From Phoronis australis (lineage: Eukaryota; Animalia; Phoronida), in NCBI GenBank assembly GCA_002633005.1, contig NMRA01000282.1, positions 206,349 through 270,348 on the forward strand: a DNA stretch of 64,000 bases. Direction: 5' to 3'. The position numbers and the translations under genes were made by a program. Below the pieces are notes generated by a model that saw only the letters and a program-made list of their open reading frames with translations, had not been told where the DNA came from and made no database searches. Positions 36,556 to 50,014 of the stretch are shown here, piece after piece; the stretch's first letter is position 1; every line of letters starts with the position of its first letter.

Positions 36556-38288
36556 TAAGCAATGACCATCGCCTCTGTTGGCCCAACCAGACGTGATGCA
36601 GCTCCTATAGGCGCTCCATACGCCGGAAGCTTTTCGGCGAATCGTGAACTCACCATTTATATAATGCGCACGCTCCAATTTTTACTGCACTCACTAGGGG
36701 ATGTGACTTCATGACTTCAATCTTCAAATAGGCCAAAAGTGACCCATAGCGGTCTTGTCAGTCAAATTTTCGTTTCCAAAATGCCACCACTACTTGTCAT
36801 TAATTGGCATTACATGAAACTGATTGTATTTCAACGAATTATTGTTTGTATTTGATAAAAATAAATGCTGTTGATATGACATTTAATAGTCTTTGTGCAC
36901 ATATTTGATTTTTTAATGTTAAACAACACGGCAAATGCACAGCTGCTTCCCGGCAGCACGTACGCAGAGGGCGGGGACTTCAGCTTTCAAAGTTCGCCGG
37001 TAGGACCGCAACTTCTCCTTCGGCCTGGTTGAAAGAATGAGGTCATGTCTCTTGGCGTGCGCAGTGCAAAAATGTTGAGTTCACGATGTTGGGAACTGAA
37101 ATAGGGACTGTCTGCTTGAAGAAAAAGTTTGATAACGGGAGTATTTGTTCGAGTTGGAAGGAATTAAACACATCGACAACCTCCTATGGCTAAGGTGTTC
37201 TTAGGCAATGACCATCGCCTCTGTTGACCCGAAGCAGAGGCGATGCAGAGGCTATAGGCGCTCTGTACGCCGGAAGCTTTTCGGCGAATTATGCCTCGCA
37301 CCGACTAAACCATCAAAGTCACGTTGTTATAAATACCTTTTGCGCATAGAGGAACACCTTAGGAGGTTGTCGATGTGTTTAACTCCTTCCAACTCGAACA
37401 AATACTCCCATTATCAAACTTTTTCTTCGAGCAGTCCCTATTTCAGTTCCCAAGATCGTGAACTCACCATTTTTATACTGTGCACGCTCCAATTTTTACC
37501 GTGCTCGCTAGGTGATGTGAATTCATAACCTCAATCTTTAAATAGGCCAAAGGTGAGCCATTGCGGTCTTGTCAGTCAAATGTTCGTTTCCAAAATGCCA
37601 CCACTTATACTTGTCTTTAATTGGCATTACTTGAAACTGATTGTATTTCAATGAATCATTGTTTGTATTTGATAAAAATAAATGCTGTTGGTATGACATT
37701 TAATAGTCTCTGTGCACATATTTGACATTTTAATGTTTAACAACGTGGCAAATGCACGGCTGGTTCCCGGCAGCACGTACGCGAAGGGCGGGAACTTCAG
37801 CTTTCAAAGTTCGCCGGTAGGTCCGTAACTTCTGACCTTCGGCCTGGTTAAAAAAATGAAAAAGTTGATTTCACGATTTTGGGAACTGAAATAGGGACTG
37901 CTCGAAGAAAAAGTTTCATAACGGGAGTATTTGTTCGAGTTGGAAGAAATTAAACACATCGACAACCTCCTAAGGTGTTCCTCTATGCGCAAAAGGTATT
38001 TATAACAACGTGACTTTGATGGTTTAGTCGGTGCAAGGCATAATTCGCCGAAAAGCTTACGGCGTACAGAGCACCTATAGCCTCTGCATCGCCTCTGCTT
38101 CGGGCCAACAGAGGCGATGGTCATTGCCTAAGCCGTGTTCTATGCGCAAAAGGTATTTATAACAACGTGACTTTGATGTTTTAGTCGGTGCGAGGCATAA
38201 TTCGATGAAAAGCTTCCAGCGTATGGAGCACCTATATAGGTGCTGCACCGCCTCTGGTCGGACTAACAGAGGCGATGGTCATTGCCTA
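36556..38288. mobile_element. Long-TIR foldback MITE (outer copy) with a 9-bp TSD
   Basis: Ends taagcaatgaccatcgcctctg / cagaggcgatggtcattgccta. Flanked by direct repeat agttgaggg (36547-36555, 38289-38297). The left arm is partly deleted. Confidence 0.8.
37202..38130. mobile_element. Second, complete copy of the same foldback MITE nested in the right arm of the first
   Basis: ~265 bp near-perfect TIRs (mirror ORFs 37208+ and 38124-). The core matches 36644-37085. Flanks are aggtgttct / ag(cc)gtgttct. Confidence 0.85.
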
Positions 38289-39486
38289 AGTTGAGGGGTG
38301 CCTGTGAGTGTGACTGTGTGTGACAGAAACTTAGAAAGTAATGGAGAGTAGTATACTGACAGCCAGCAATGCTGCATGGCCAGTAGAGAGGCAGTGAACA
38401 TTTTCAAATAATAACAGATAACGCACCTAAAGATAGTCTTCAAACTCCAGCCATTGGTCCGCCATTCTCTCACCGATCTAGAAATCGGAAAGACAATTAC
38501 GAATATTGACCAGCAATCACCCAGGCGGCAACCATAATGCAATATGCAGAGCCACCTGTCGTAAGGTCTCATGGCGACATCTGTTGTGAAATTTATTTTG
38601 TGTGACCGAGAGTGTCATCGGTGTGCATGTATTCGAGAATAGTCTGTGAGCTTGAAATTCAAATATATGCAGGTACGAGCCAGGTGGTCTATGTATGGGG
38701 GCAAAGGGGGTGGGGAGCGGGGATGTCAGGCTAGATTTTTCACTACATTCCACGAGCTGAGACATTAAAAATAAATGAAAGATGTGCGAGTAGGCCTATT
38801 ATAACCGAACTGAACACTTTAATTTACTTCCAAGCATAGTTTTCATCAAATGGTTCGTGGATAGGCCCCGATGTCTAATTATTCGTATAAAGGCGCATTT
38901 TCGGGCGACAAAAATGAGCACACATGTCGTAGTAATTCTACGGTTGGACAAATGTGATAGCAATATTATCAAACAAGCCCAAGTTAATGAATATCTCAAG
39001 TCTTTCCACTGTCAAAGCATGATTGTATTAAAATTTCACAGGTCAACCAAAGCACTTCTATTTCAACTCCTAAAACAACTCAGTCACAACGCTGCATCTT
39101 AAGTTTACAAACAAATAGACTCCTTGGTCCTGGGTCCTAGATAATTGCCTTTGAGGGCAGCGGAGGCATGCCATATGCGATTGGACAGTTTTCCAAATCG
39201 AGTTCTGAGTCACACTGAGATTAGTCTCCGGACTCTCAGTCAAATCACTCATTGATTTCTGCTCCTAGATTTTTAACTTCAAGTGTTTTATATTTTGCGA
39301 GTAGAACGAAGACATCTGGTGTTTCATTGCTCATCGTTGAAGATTGAGAAGTAATTTTGTATATGGACCTCCATCATTTACATCTGCTTAACTGCATATT
39401 CCATGAAAATCCATGTAGAAGTAAATATATAGACGCTGAGATTGGCAAGTAATGAAATGTATCAAGTAAACAGAAAAATCAGGAAC

Positions 39487-39538
39487 CCCAAATGGGAATC
39501 GAACCAAAGGTCTCTAGATTGCCGGTCTAGTGCTCTCA
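39487..39538 (-). repeat. tRNA-derived fragment (SINE head or pseudo-tRNA)
   Basis: Minus strand: agagcactagaccggcaatctagagacctttggttcgattcccatttggg. Has a B-box (ggttcgattcc) and an anticodon-like stem ctaga/tctag. The 5' end is missing. Confidence 0.45.
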
Positions 39539-39669
39539 TGTAGAAGTAAGGGTTTTAATGCAATCTTTATAAAAAATACTTTGTTCTTTTGTCTGCAAAC
39601 ATTTCTCCGTGGGTCTAATGTTTTCGAATCCTTGTTTTTCGACTTTTTATTTTATCTTATTTTTTAAAA

Positions 39670-40380
39670 CATTTATTGAGTCATATTCACATACAATATA
39701 AACAAGCGGTGAAATGCAACTGGGATAGATACGAACAATGTTAATATTACCTGCCTTCCTAGTCACTCACCGTCACCCTGGGCCACATACCATTCTCAGG
39801 CTTCTGCCAACAAAAGTACCATAGCAGTCCATCGACTGTTGAAAACTTGCAATTGGTATTTATTTTTGAAAATGAATTTCTCAATTTGTTATATTCAGCT
39901 ATGTGATATCGGTTCTTAGTAAATTGAAACATGAAAGCATTTGGCAAATCTCTAGCGGTATATGTGATACCTACCTAAGGTTATTCTTGAATTCAAAGTT
40001 TTTGGTCCCGTGAATGTGTCAAAGATTATGTCCTCAATATCATAAGTTAAAGGCAACTTAACTCTTTGGTTATATGGAGGACGAAAAAAGTTGTACACAT
40101 TTACGTAACCAATAGAGTTGAATAGTTCTCTCTGGTTTATCCCCGTTGCTCTAACGTGCTCCGAACAATGTATGTAAACCAGCAATTTAATCAATATCCT
40201 CTATGCAAGTTAATTGAGCTTAAGCCAATAATATCTTTGTTATTCATTGATATTAAACACTTTTTACATAAAAATTGCAGTTACTCCATCCAGAAAAACA
40301 TCAATGAATACGAAACACGCGTTTACGACAGTTTTTAAGCTTAATAGCTGTTTTAATTAAGGCTTTCTACATAGCTAATC
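39670..40380 (-). mobile_element. Decayed 3' end of an L1/Tx1-like LINE
   Basis: Minus-strand peptides EDIIF...KTLNSRITLGRYHIYR and YHIAEYNKLRNSF resemble Tx1 ORF2 C-termini. They are followed by aataaa and an A-rich tail (~39675-39645). Confidence 0.4.
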
Positions 40381-43281
40381 CGTAGCCAGCATTGAGCGGG
40401 GAGTGGCTCGAATTTCTAGAACGGTGGACCTTTAATATTTCGCAAACGTCGACACTGTAGAGTTTTGTTGATACAGCTTAATTAGGGGGAAGGAAAATCT
40501 GTATACCCGACGATGACTTTCAACTCGACGTTTCTGAGATGAGACAGAACGACATGTAATACCAGATACGAGGATGCTGTGGCGGTTGCTCGCAAAAAAA
40601 CGGGACACAAATTCGGATGTAATGTAGTCCAGTAATAGAACGTTCTCTCGTTACCTCCTGCTAAAATTTGAAATCAGTCATGCTTAAATGAGTGATTACA
40701 CATCATTACATGCTCCGACGGAAATATGAAGTTTAGTCGGAGAATGACTTGACGAAATTGTTTATCTTGTTGTACTTCTGCGATTTACTTAAGTTTCTTA
40801 CATCGCTGGAAATGGTAGTGGCCCTCTATTTAGAAGGTTTGTAGTAACTTATATTAGGAAAAAACATTTGAAAACGTCCAGATGATTGATCAGTTGGTTA
40901 TTAGTTAGCACCATTTTAAGGGTGTTCCACAATTTTAATTTTTCGATGAATTTTGTATTTTGGTCTGCCGAGTGGGGGTCGCTCAATTAATTTTTCCTTT
41001 ATGGGTGTGTGAACAGAGGCACCTTGGACAAAAATTTGAAACTAACATAGGTAACTGAAAATCCATTTGCAATCAAACCAATGCTTGCAATTCTTCTGAA
41101 GGACACTGGCATTGAACGATGTCAGTTTTATATTTTAACGGCTGTAGTCGTAATTCCTGATTAATTTCAGGTAAGACCCATGAACCATAAGACAAGAAAA
41201 CGGCTTCAAATGTGCTCTAGACAAATTAGCCGGCACTGTGACCACCGCTGGTGATGAACAGGATGCATGGCTGAGCCAGTAAAGCCATACCTGGTGGCTC
41301 GGTTTTAGGCCATTTATGTATGGCAGTTGTGTTGGGTATCTGACTTTCATAGTTCTACTTGATTACTGAATGATTGAAGTATTGGTGTTTATGTTAGGTC
41401 AATATCACGTTTGTTAAATGGTGACCCTTATTACTTTGTTTGGTGTGTTTGGTCAGCCTTTAGTTGAAAAGCGTTATCATGGGTTACAAAAATGGGCAGT
41501 GGAGTTGTCTTCATCTGAGAGGTGTCCTAAGATGTTCCGTATTTGTAAATGAACTATAGGGGATCGGTGTTTTTATTTTTTATTTCCCAGAGATATATAG
41601 TATTTTAATTAAGGTTATTGTAGTAGATGGTGTTAGATTGAGAATTATGGTAAACTTGCAGCAGTTGTCGTGCGATTCGTTTGTAAAACTTGCTGCGTTT
41701 TTAGAGTATAACTGATGAGCACACGTTGTTGTTGTTGATATATTTAAAAACAATAGTTTGTGCATTACGCTGCACTGTGTTCATTTAAAGGCATCTGTGC
41801 ACCTAGTGGACTTACGGCTCGGGTAAAAAGCGATTATTGGCTATGAATAAGTGTGATTTTGCTGTTTCATATCATAAACTAAAGTTTTACTTGTTTCGGA
41901 GATCATCTGGTTGGTTTTTGACTACACCTACAGCAGTTTCCATGTTATTTCTCATTTCCTCATTTAAGCAGCAACTGTTGAATACTGGTGATAGGTTTGT
42001 CCAACACATTTAAAAGTTTACGCGTATGCGAGGTGTCACGTGATGAATCCTCAGGGTTTTTTATTGATGCTCATTTATGATAATGACTGTGAATATAGGC
42101 CTAGAATATTTCCTAAGTTTTGTCACTTGAACACTTGCAAGTTTTTCGCAAGTACAAAAGACCATATACCTAAGTTAAAGGCTTGAACAACCCTGAAATT
42201 CAGCTCGTTGCTTATAAAACCGCGATGCTTATAATGGAAGCCAGGGTTATATAGTAGAAGCCAGTTCAGATACCCTTAACTTAACAAACGACCTTTGTCT
42301 TTTAACTATGATTGTACCCTGCTGTTCGTGATTTGTATTTCTTGATATTCCTTTCCTATTTTATCCACGTTTGTTCTCACTGTATATTCTTCATAGTGCA
42401 GTAGATAGTAGATAGCATTTATTAACATATTTTGTAGTAAGTTATTAACACAACCTTTTGAAATCTGGGGAAGACCCAATGCATTGATTTTCTGATGCTG
42501 TATGTATATGTGTTTTGTTATTGGTTTAACCATAAAAGGCATTTGTCTGAAGTTACAGGTACTTTATTTTTATTATAAATGTATGCGTGTTAGCTACAGT
42601 AATCAGGACATAGTACTAGAGCTATGTTGTCGGCGCGTGGTTGCGTGGTTACGGTATAGTGACGGATCAAATTGAAAATTTCGGCGTTTTAGTCATAAAA
42701 CAGTATAATAACTAGCAAGATAGGCAATACAGGCCTCTCATTTGTGGCATTCATTTGCTTAATATTCGAGCGCCTGTTTTTTGGCATTTCAAATTTTAAA
42801 GTTGAGGGATATTCACGGATTTTGCGTTCTCAACTTAAAGAAAGTGCTCCTGTTTCTCAGGAGCTGTAATTGTAAGCATTAGCTTAAAAATTGGAAAATT
42901 GCGGTAGACAAGATTCTGTTTTAACATAAATGAACAATTTGGAGTCCGCTTAAATCCGAAGTGAAAATGGCAGATTCTCAAATACTATCAAAGTAATCTG
43001 GAGGTAATCTGGCGTGATAGCTTTAGTTTGAAAGTAGTTCCTTGCATAGCTGGCCCCACTGACAGACCTATCATGAAGTTTCAATTAGATTGGTTCCGCC
43101 GATAAGGATTTAATGAGCCCCTGAAATAATCCTCAGGCCAAGCCCAGAATGTTCATGGATTGCCGCAATTGGGAGATTCATCACTACTAACTTGATTTAT
43201 CCACTTTTGAAGTTTGTCATTTCGATTGTAATTAGGGTCGCTAATTAGTAACATGAACTAGTTCATAAGAATAGTTTTTGC

Positions 43282-44065
43282 GGTATCTCGAATGTATGAG
43301 CCAGCTCATTTTTAGGCATAGTTTTTGAGTTTCTGGCGGACTCTTTCCATAATGCAATTTGTCTATCATGGGTCCTTCGGTGTTGAGTGAGGTACTTATT
43401 CGTTTTAAATCAGTTTTAGCTAGTACCTCGAATATCTAATCAAGCTCAAATTTTCAATGGTGTGCGGTGCAATTTTGCCATTTTTGGGTGTTTCTGACGG
43501 GCACAACCCAGAGTGTATTTCGTCTGCAATGGGGCATTTAGTGATCAGTGACAAGTATTGAATCACATGGAATCGTTTTTGTGGTACCTCGAATGTATGA
43601 GCTAGCTCACTTTTGGGGCGTCCTTTTTGGGTTTCTGGCGGACCCTTTCCAGATTGCAATTTGTCTGTCATGGTTCATTCGGTGTTCAGTGCGGTAATAT
43701 TGTTCGTTTTAAATCAGTTTTGGCTGGTAACTCGAATATCTAATCTAACTCAAATTTTCAACGGCATACGGTGGTTGACATTTTTGGGAGTTTCTGGCGG
43801 GCACAACCCATAGTGTAGTTCGTCTGCATGGGGCATTTAGTGATCAGTGACATGAATTGAATCAAATGGAATTGTTTTTTTTTTGTGGTACCTCGAATGT
43901 ACAAGCTAGCTCATTTTTGGGGGAGTCCTTTTTGGTTTCTGTCGGGCCCATTCCAGAGTACAATTTGTCGATAATGGGTCATTTGGTGTTCAGTCCGGTA
44001 CTATTGCTCGCTTTAAATCAGCTTTGGCCGGTACCTCAAATATCTAGGATAGCTCATTTTTTCAC
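43282..44065. repeat. ~302 bp diverged tandem repeat, ~2.6 copies
   Basis: 'ggta(t/c)ctcgaatgta..agc.agctca' recurs at ~43282, ~43583 and ~43887, with a related sub-repeat half-way through each unit. Confidence 0.85.
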
Positions 44066-45561
44066 CCCCTTGTAAGGTCCCCAGGGTGCAGACAACGGCA
44101 GACGTCCGTTTGCGTATACATTGAGGTGGACTCTAAGTGCTCCTATGGTCACATATTGGTACCTTGTTCATCTATGCTAAGAGCTCTGGGCTGCCGGTCT
44201 AAACAGGGAATCAGAATATAGATATCGGGGAGAGAATACAACCACTGGGTACAAATTCTTTATTACATATGAGGGAGTTAATTTCGGAACAATTGTCACC
44301 ATTCTTGCAATTATGCCAACAACTGGATATTTAATAAATGGTGCTAAGAAGATGTCCCCATTTATCATCTAGCAAGACTTCTGGGAAAGGCTGCTCCCCT
44401 GTATGGTTGGTCAAGTGCAACACAAACAGGGTTTATTATTCAAGAATTATGACAGTAATAATTCAGTAGCCAATCAGAAGTCAGGAATAACACAGTAGTG
44501 TAACAGTAATACTCATGACAATAATAAAGAATTATCATAGTTATAAATTAGACAATCAGAAGACAGGAATAATGGCAATATTTGTAACAGTAACAAATTA
44601 GCCAATGGTTGCCTTTGAAAAATTACAGCAATAAATGAACCAATAGAAATCCAGTAGCATTGTCATGTGCTTTAACCAGAAAATGTTAACCTTCAGGAGG
44701 GATGTTAATAAGTGTATTAGGAGTTTTTTTTCACCAATTATGGTGAAGGCAGTGAGTCTCTGGTCAGGAAACTAAACAAACTCTAAACACTTCCCCTGCA
44801 GCTCAGTAAAGCAAAAAGGGCCAGTATGCTTGGAGAGCTATCACATGTTTGCTAGTGGATTGACTCCATTCAGCAGACTTATCCAATAGATGTCTTGCCT
44901 TTCATTGGCTAATCTATTACTGAACTAACCATTTATTCTTGGCAGCAATACATATTTACAACAGAAATAAATATTTATTTGAATACAAACTTGTTACTCT
45001 TAAAACGATCATTGCAGTGAACACTTAAGACAGTAAAAAACAGCATAATAATGAATAATGAGAGCAATATATGTTTACAACATTGTTAAATAATATAACT
45101 GTAATATGTATTTATTTCAGTAATAAATATTTTTCTCTGTTACAAAAATCAATAGAAGTCATTATTCCTGGCTATGCTGATTTATTGCTGTCTTAAGTAT
45201 TTATCACTGTTATAAACATGACATAATTATTAGCTACAGTAATAATTTGAGACTTCTGACTGGCTAAAGAATTATTATGATACAAGTGAACCATATGCAT
45301 ATACTGCTACAAGTATGACCTACTTTAGTAAGGCCAATGTTACTAAATTAATCAGTTCCTCTCAGAAGCCACAACAGGACACTTCACATATGATAAAGCT
45401 TACACATCATATCTGACATTCCCCACTGGACTAACACATTACAAACTTGTATGGCACCAGCATTTCTAAACTGGCCCCCACTCTTCAGTTCCCATGAACA
45501 AATACTCATCACATTTTTTTTTCTAAAATCAGCCCTGATGCATATTAATACAGACACTTTG

Positions 45562-45802
45562 TAGTCCAGTCATTCTACGGATAACCCGGAAAAAATTGCA
45601 ACAGAAGGTTTTATTGCATAAATCGTATCCTTTCATACCCCTTATTGGGAAAAAAAAAGTCTACCGGAATCGGAGTGGCGGAAGTTGGTTTTTCAAGATG
45701 GCGGACAAAATGGCCGCCAGATTTTCTGATACGCACTATAACTCAAGAGTGGAATGTGATAGAGTAAAAATTTAAAAAGGTTTACCTATGTTTTGTGGGT
45801 CA
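45562..45802 (+). mobile_element. Terminal fragment (TIR) of a second Academ-family element, cut by a single-N join
   Basis: Starts tagtccag. Shares blocks aaattgcaaca.aaggtttta, ggaaaaaaaagtctacc and aagatggc with the TIR at 25814. Absent from the duplicate copy 45804-45954. Confidence 0.65.
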
Positions 45803-47934
45803 NTCTGACATTCCCCACTGGACTAACACATTACAAACTTGTATGGCACCAGCATTTCTAAACTGGCCCCCACTCTTCAGTTCCCATGAACAAATACTCA
45901 TCACATTTTTTTTTCTAAAATCAGCCCTGATGCATATTAATACAGACACTTTGTGACAGTTGAGACCCAATGGTATAATCAAGAATGCAGTATAACAAAG
46001 TGCCTCACTCACTGCTTCGGCTAGGTCATTAGTGCTGCCCTCTGTCCCGAAGCAGTTCAAACCCCAGGCATGCCACTGTTCAGAGCACTCATTATAAACA
46101 CAAAGTTTATAAGGCCAAAAAAAGCAAATTTCATTGCGGTTTCGAAGCAGGCTTACTTTAGGGTCTGCGCTTCCCAACAAAAAGCAATCTCCCGCATCAA
46201 CTGAACTCAAGGTTTTGTGCTTTTTTAAGAAGCTGCAAAAATGCAGGTACGAAAAGGTAAGCAAAGTTTGAAATGCCATGATTTGCCAATCAATGATTAA
46301 AAAATACACCCTGCATCATGTTTGCTTATCTCAGGTGGATTTTCTTTTTCGAAAAAGTGAGCAAATAAGACACACTGCACCATTGATTTGAATTTCAAAA
46401 AATTCACAGACCACAGTCAACTATGGTTTTTGGCATAAGTGGTTTTTCCAGTAAGTAACCGATAATACTATTTCTTGATAGGCACCCAGTCACAAGCCTA
46501 CATAAACATCCCTTGACAAACAGTGACACCTGGTGAGCTAAAAGTCTGACTGAGTAAGAGATTACAATACGACCTACCTAAGCAAGAATACTATATCTTC
46601 AAAGATGACACAACAGGACACAGGCAATGATCACAATTTTCAAGCAAATAACTAAATGACATGCAAGAACAGTGTAAATAATTAGGATGCACCCACAGAC
46701 AAACGGCAAACGGCAAGCTGCTAGGACTGTTCCTTGTTGTAAACCTGATTTCATGAAATTAAGATGCACAAAAACATGACATTAATGGTAAAGAAAATAT
46801 CTAAGAACTGTGAAAGAATATTAAGTGTTGATACTTCTGTAACATCAATAGATGAATATCTAACAAGCAATTATAGAGGTATGGAATTTGAGAACTCATA
46901 AAAAATTCTTCACATAGTGCACAAATACGGCTGACGAGTGAAATTTCATACAAAATTTTTTCCAGAGATACCGATAAAATTGCTTAATTCATCACTAGCA
47001 TGGGTTGTAGTATGTAGACGTTATAAAATTTCTCACAATTGTCATTTTTGTTACCATCATGTCGACTTTGAAATGCGAGAAATTGTAAACTATAATAAGC
47101 TGATGCCTTGAATTGTCAAATCATATTAAGTGTGATCGTCAACAGGTAATATTTCTGTCTCAAGCTTCAGTCGTTTACTGGAATCCCAGGATTGTGTAAG
47201 GTAATAAAATGTACCGACAAGACTAATGCAAGATATGATAAGAATACGCTAGTCTTGGTTGAGGTAGTGCTGCGCTGTGAAGCTGTCTACAGACCAGAGC
47301 ACCAGATTGCAATCGAAGAGTCAATGATTGTGTGTAAGTTGTGTTTTACCTTCAACCAGTTCATGTAAGGCAAACCAATAAAGTGGAGACTAAAACTGTC
47401 AATGTCAGGATATGTGTTAAATTTCAATGTACGCCTGGAAGGAACCAGACGCAACTGAGAATGAGGCCACATTTGGTGTGGTCACGTGTATAACCCATCT
47501 TGATGAGGATCACCATAATGTGCAAAAAAAATCATTACACTAGAGTCTGGAATTCAAAAGCTTATGGTGTTGACAATTGCCTGTGGGAGTGTAAGGAGTA
47601 ATATGAAGGTATTACATGGTGACAAGGTGAATGTGATAGATACATGTAAGTACTTTAGAGAAAAATCTGAAATGTGCCGAAGCCCTTCACCAGTACAAGG
47701 GCAATCTTACAGCCTTCACCTGAAAAAACATCCAACAAATTGGTCACTGTTCTAACACCTTCACTGCCATTGCAAGAAAAACATGACATTGTGCAACATG
47801 CTAAAGTAGTTGGAAAGGGTAAAAAATTGATGTAAACCGAACCGTCATCCTGACAAACTATAATATATTTATACGAGTATATGTCTCAGATAAGAAAATA
47901 AACTCCCACAAGCATCTCAAGCACGGAGTTAAAT

Positions 47935-48250
47935 GTGGTATTTGAAACTGTTTCGGTTTGTTCCTGCCATTGCTCATATGAAGTTTCTGTTGTACCAGAA
48001 ATGCACTGGATAGAACCTCAAAATGAAAGAGTTTTCACTGAAGTTGGCTGAAGACCTCATCACCATCATCGCCAGAAATTTGTAACATGTACTACTGCGC
48101 ATATAGTGAATGTCACCGGCAGCCTTCCATAGGAAATACACAGCAAAGAACTATTATCAGTAATTTGAAATTCAAAGCAGCCAACTATTGTTATGATATC
48201 TATCACTAGGTGGCATTACTTACAGGTTTGTTAAAAGGTTCAAGGTCTTG
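47935..48250 (+). repeat. Dispersed repeat paralogous to 62720-62765 plus 63424-63670
   Basis: Shared blocks tggtatttgaaact.tttcggtttgttcctgcca, agagttttcactgaagttggc, ataggaaatacacag and tttgttaaaaggttcaa. Confidence 0.8.
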
Positions 48251-50014
48251 TAAGTAAAGCGTTTGTTTATTATTTAATATGCAGAACAACCGTAACGCTT
48301 GACCAAAGGCATTACCACCAGATGCACATGTAATTTTTTTACTATACACACACCTCACTATACTTTTTAGTGATCTAGATTATTATGCTTCCTGTAAGTT
48401 TTTGTTAGTCAGCTTTTCAATTATTGTCTTTTGACCTTTTTTGTATAGGTTGTACATTTGTAAATACTCTTTGTTTTTTGTTGCCATTTTAATACTTGCT
48501 TCATCGACTAGGCTTTAGCTATTGTTTGTATGTGTGAACGCAAGAGTTTAAATAAAGATGTATGTATGTAATAGTGACAAATCTAAGCCAACCACTGAAT
48601 CTGTTGATTACACAAAACAGTTTTACATAAAGAAACATATTAAATCACTGGATCACCGAGCAGTGAGGTACAATTTATACTTCCTGTGAAAAGTCATATA
48701 TTTGGACAGTTTTGATCCAATAAACTCAATACAATGTACCCCTTTGGAGACTATTTTGTTGATAGCGGTACCTTTTGGTGATTTTTTTTCATCAAAAAGT
48801 CAACTTTTGAGGGGCACACCCCCTCTCCCCCAGTACACACACTTGCTGGCCTGAAGTTACTACTCATATTGCAATTTGCTGTCCATCAATACAAGCCAGG
48901 TGTCCGTCTCTGTCGGGCGATAGGGGTAAGCCGTAGACTCATTGATGATGTTTCAGGAGTTGTTTAAGGTTCAACTAAATACTGCTTCTACTTGCTAGTA
49001 TTCTTTATTCTTCTTTTTTTTCAAGTCAATCTCATCTTTATATTGATATAAATAGGGATTACCCCTTCTGTTAAAACAGCAAGGTAGCATAACTAATTAA
49101 CAAAACTTTGAGATATACGTTACATTCAGTCTTTTCAGGAATTTTCTAGTCCAGCATGTACAGTTATCTGTACTGGCTGCTTTTATAACCCGAGATGCAT
49201 ATTATCTTGAGCAGTCTTGAGTTTGAATAGTGAATTGGAAGCAATTTAGTGTCCGCTAGTTATCTATACAAAAGCTTTCATTTTTTACTTTTAGAATAAA
49301 GTGAATCTGATCCCATCACGCATGTGAGCAGCAATGCATGAGCAACCAGTGCCACCACCACCACCAAAAATCAAGAAGCGACGAAGGACCAAAGACTCGA
49401 GCCCCATCACACACAAGACGCTTCAAATGGCCCCTGAAAGAATTCCAGCATGCAACAATGCGTGACATAAAAAAATTCAGTTATGAGATGGTCGTATGAT
49501 TGCGGTGAACACATTATTAATGTAAAGTGAAAGAAATTAAACTCGTTCTGCTTGTGAAAGCCATCCCTTAAATGCAAGCACTATATTTTTTCCAACATAT
49601 AGGAATCTGGTCCATGAAGTACAAGAACTCCAAATTTTTAAGTATTGATTTTTGGGATGATACAGGTGACCGTTCATCCAGGTGTATAGTTTTTATTTAT
49701 AGTATCACAGTATTGCACAAATAGGACAATTTTTTACAATTTGAAAGAATATGATATCTTTCATCATAATCATCTGAGATACAAGTGGGAAATTAAACTT
49801 GTCCTTAATAGCAAAAATATTGACATGTATGATGTTTATAAATCATCATCTAATTCACTTTACCACACCACTCAACCTGTGGAGGAAAAATGCAAGCCTT
49901 CTCTGAGCACAAGAACATCATGGGACCGAATGAGAGCAGGGACTTAATTATGAGCCCTGAGGTCATTCAGTCAACCGAATTCAGGTCACATTGCGAAACA
50001 TACCAACCACTTGG

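Noticed and set aside
37208-38124. Two 106-aa ORFs on opposite strands looking like a gene pair
   Set aside because: They are mirror translations of the MITE's inverted arms and show no protein-family features.
39487-39538. Functional tRNA gene
   Set aside because: The 5' acceptor strand and most of the D-arm/A-box are missing.
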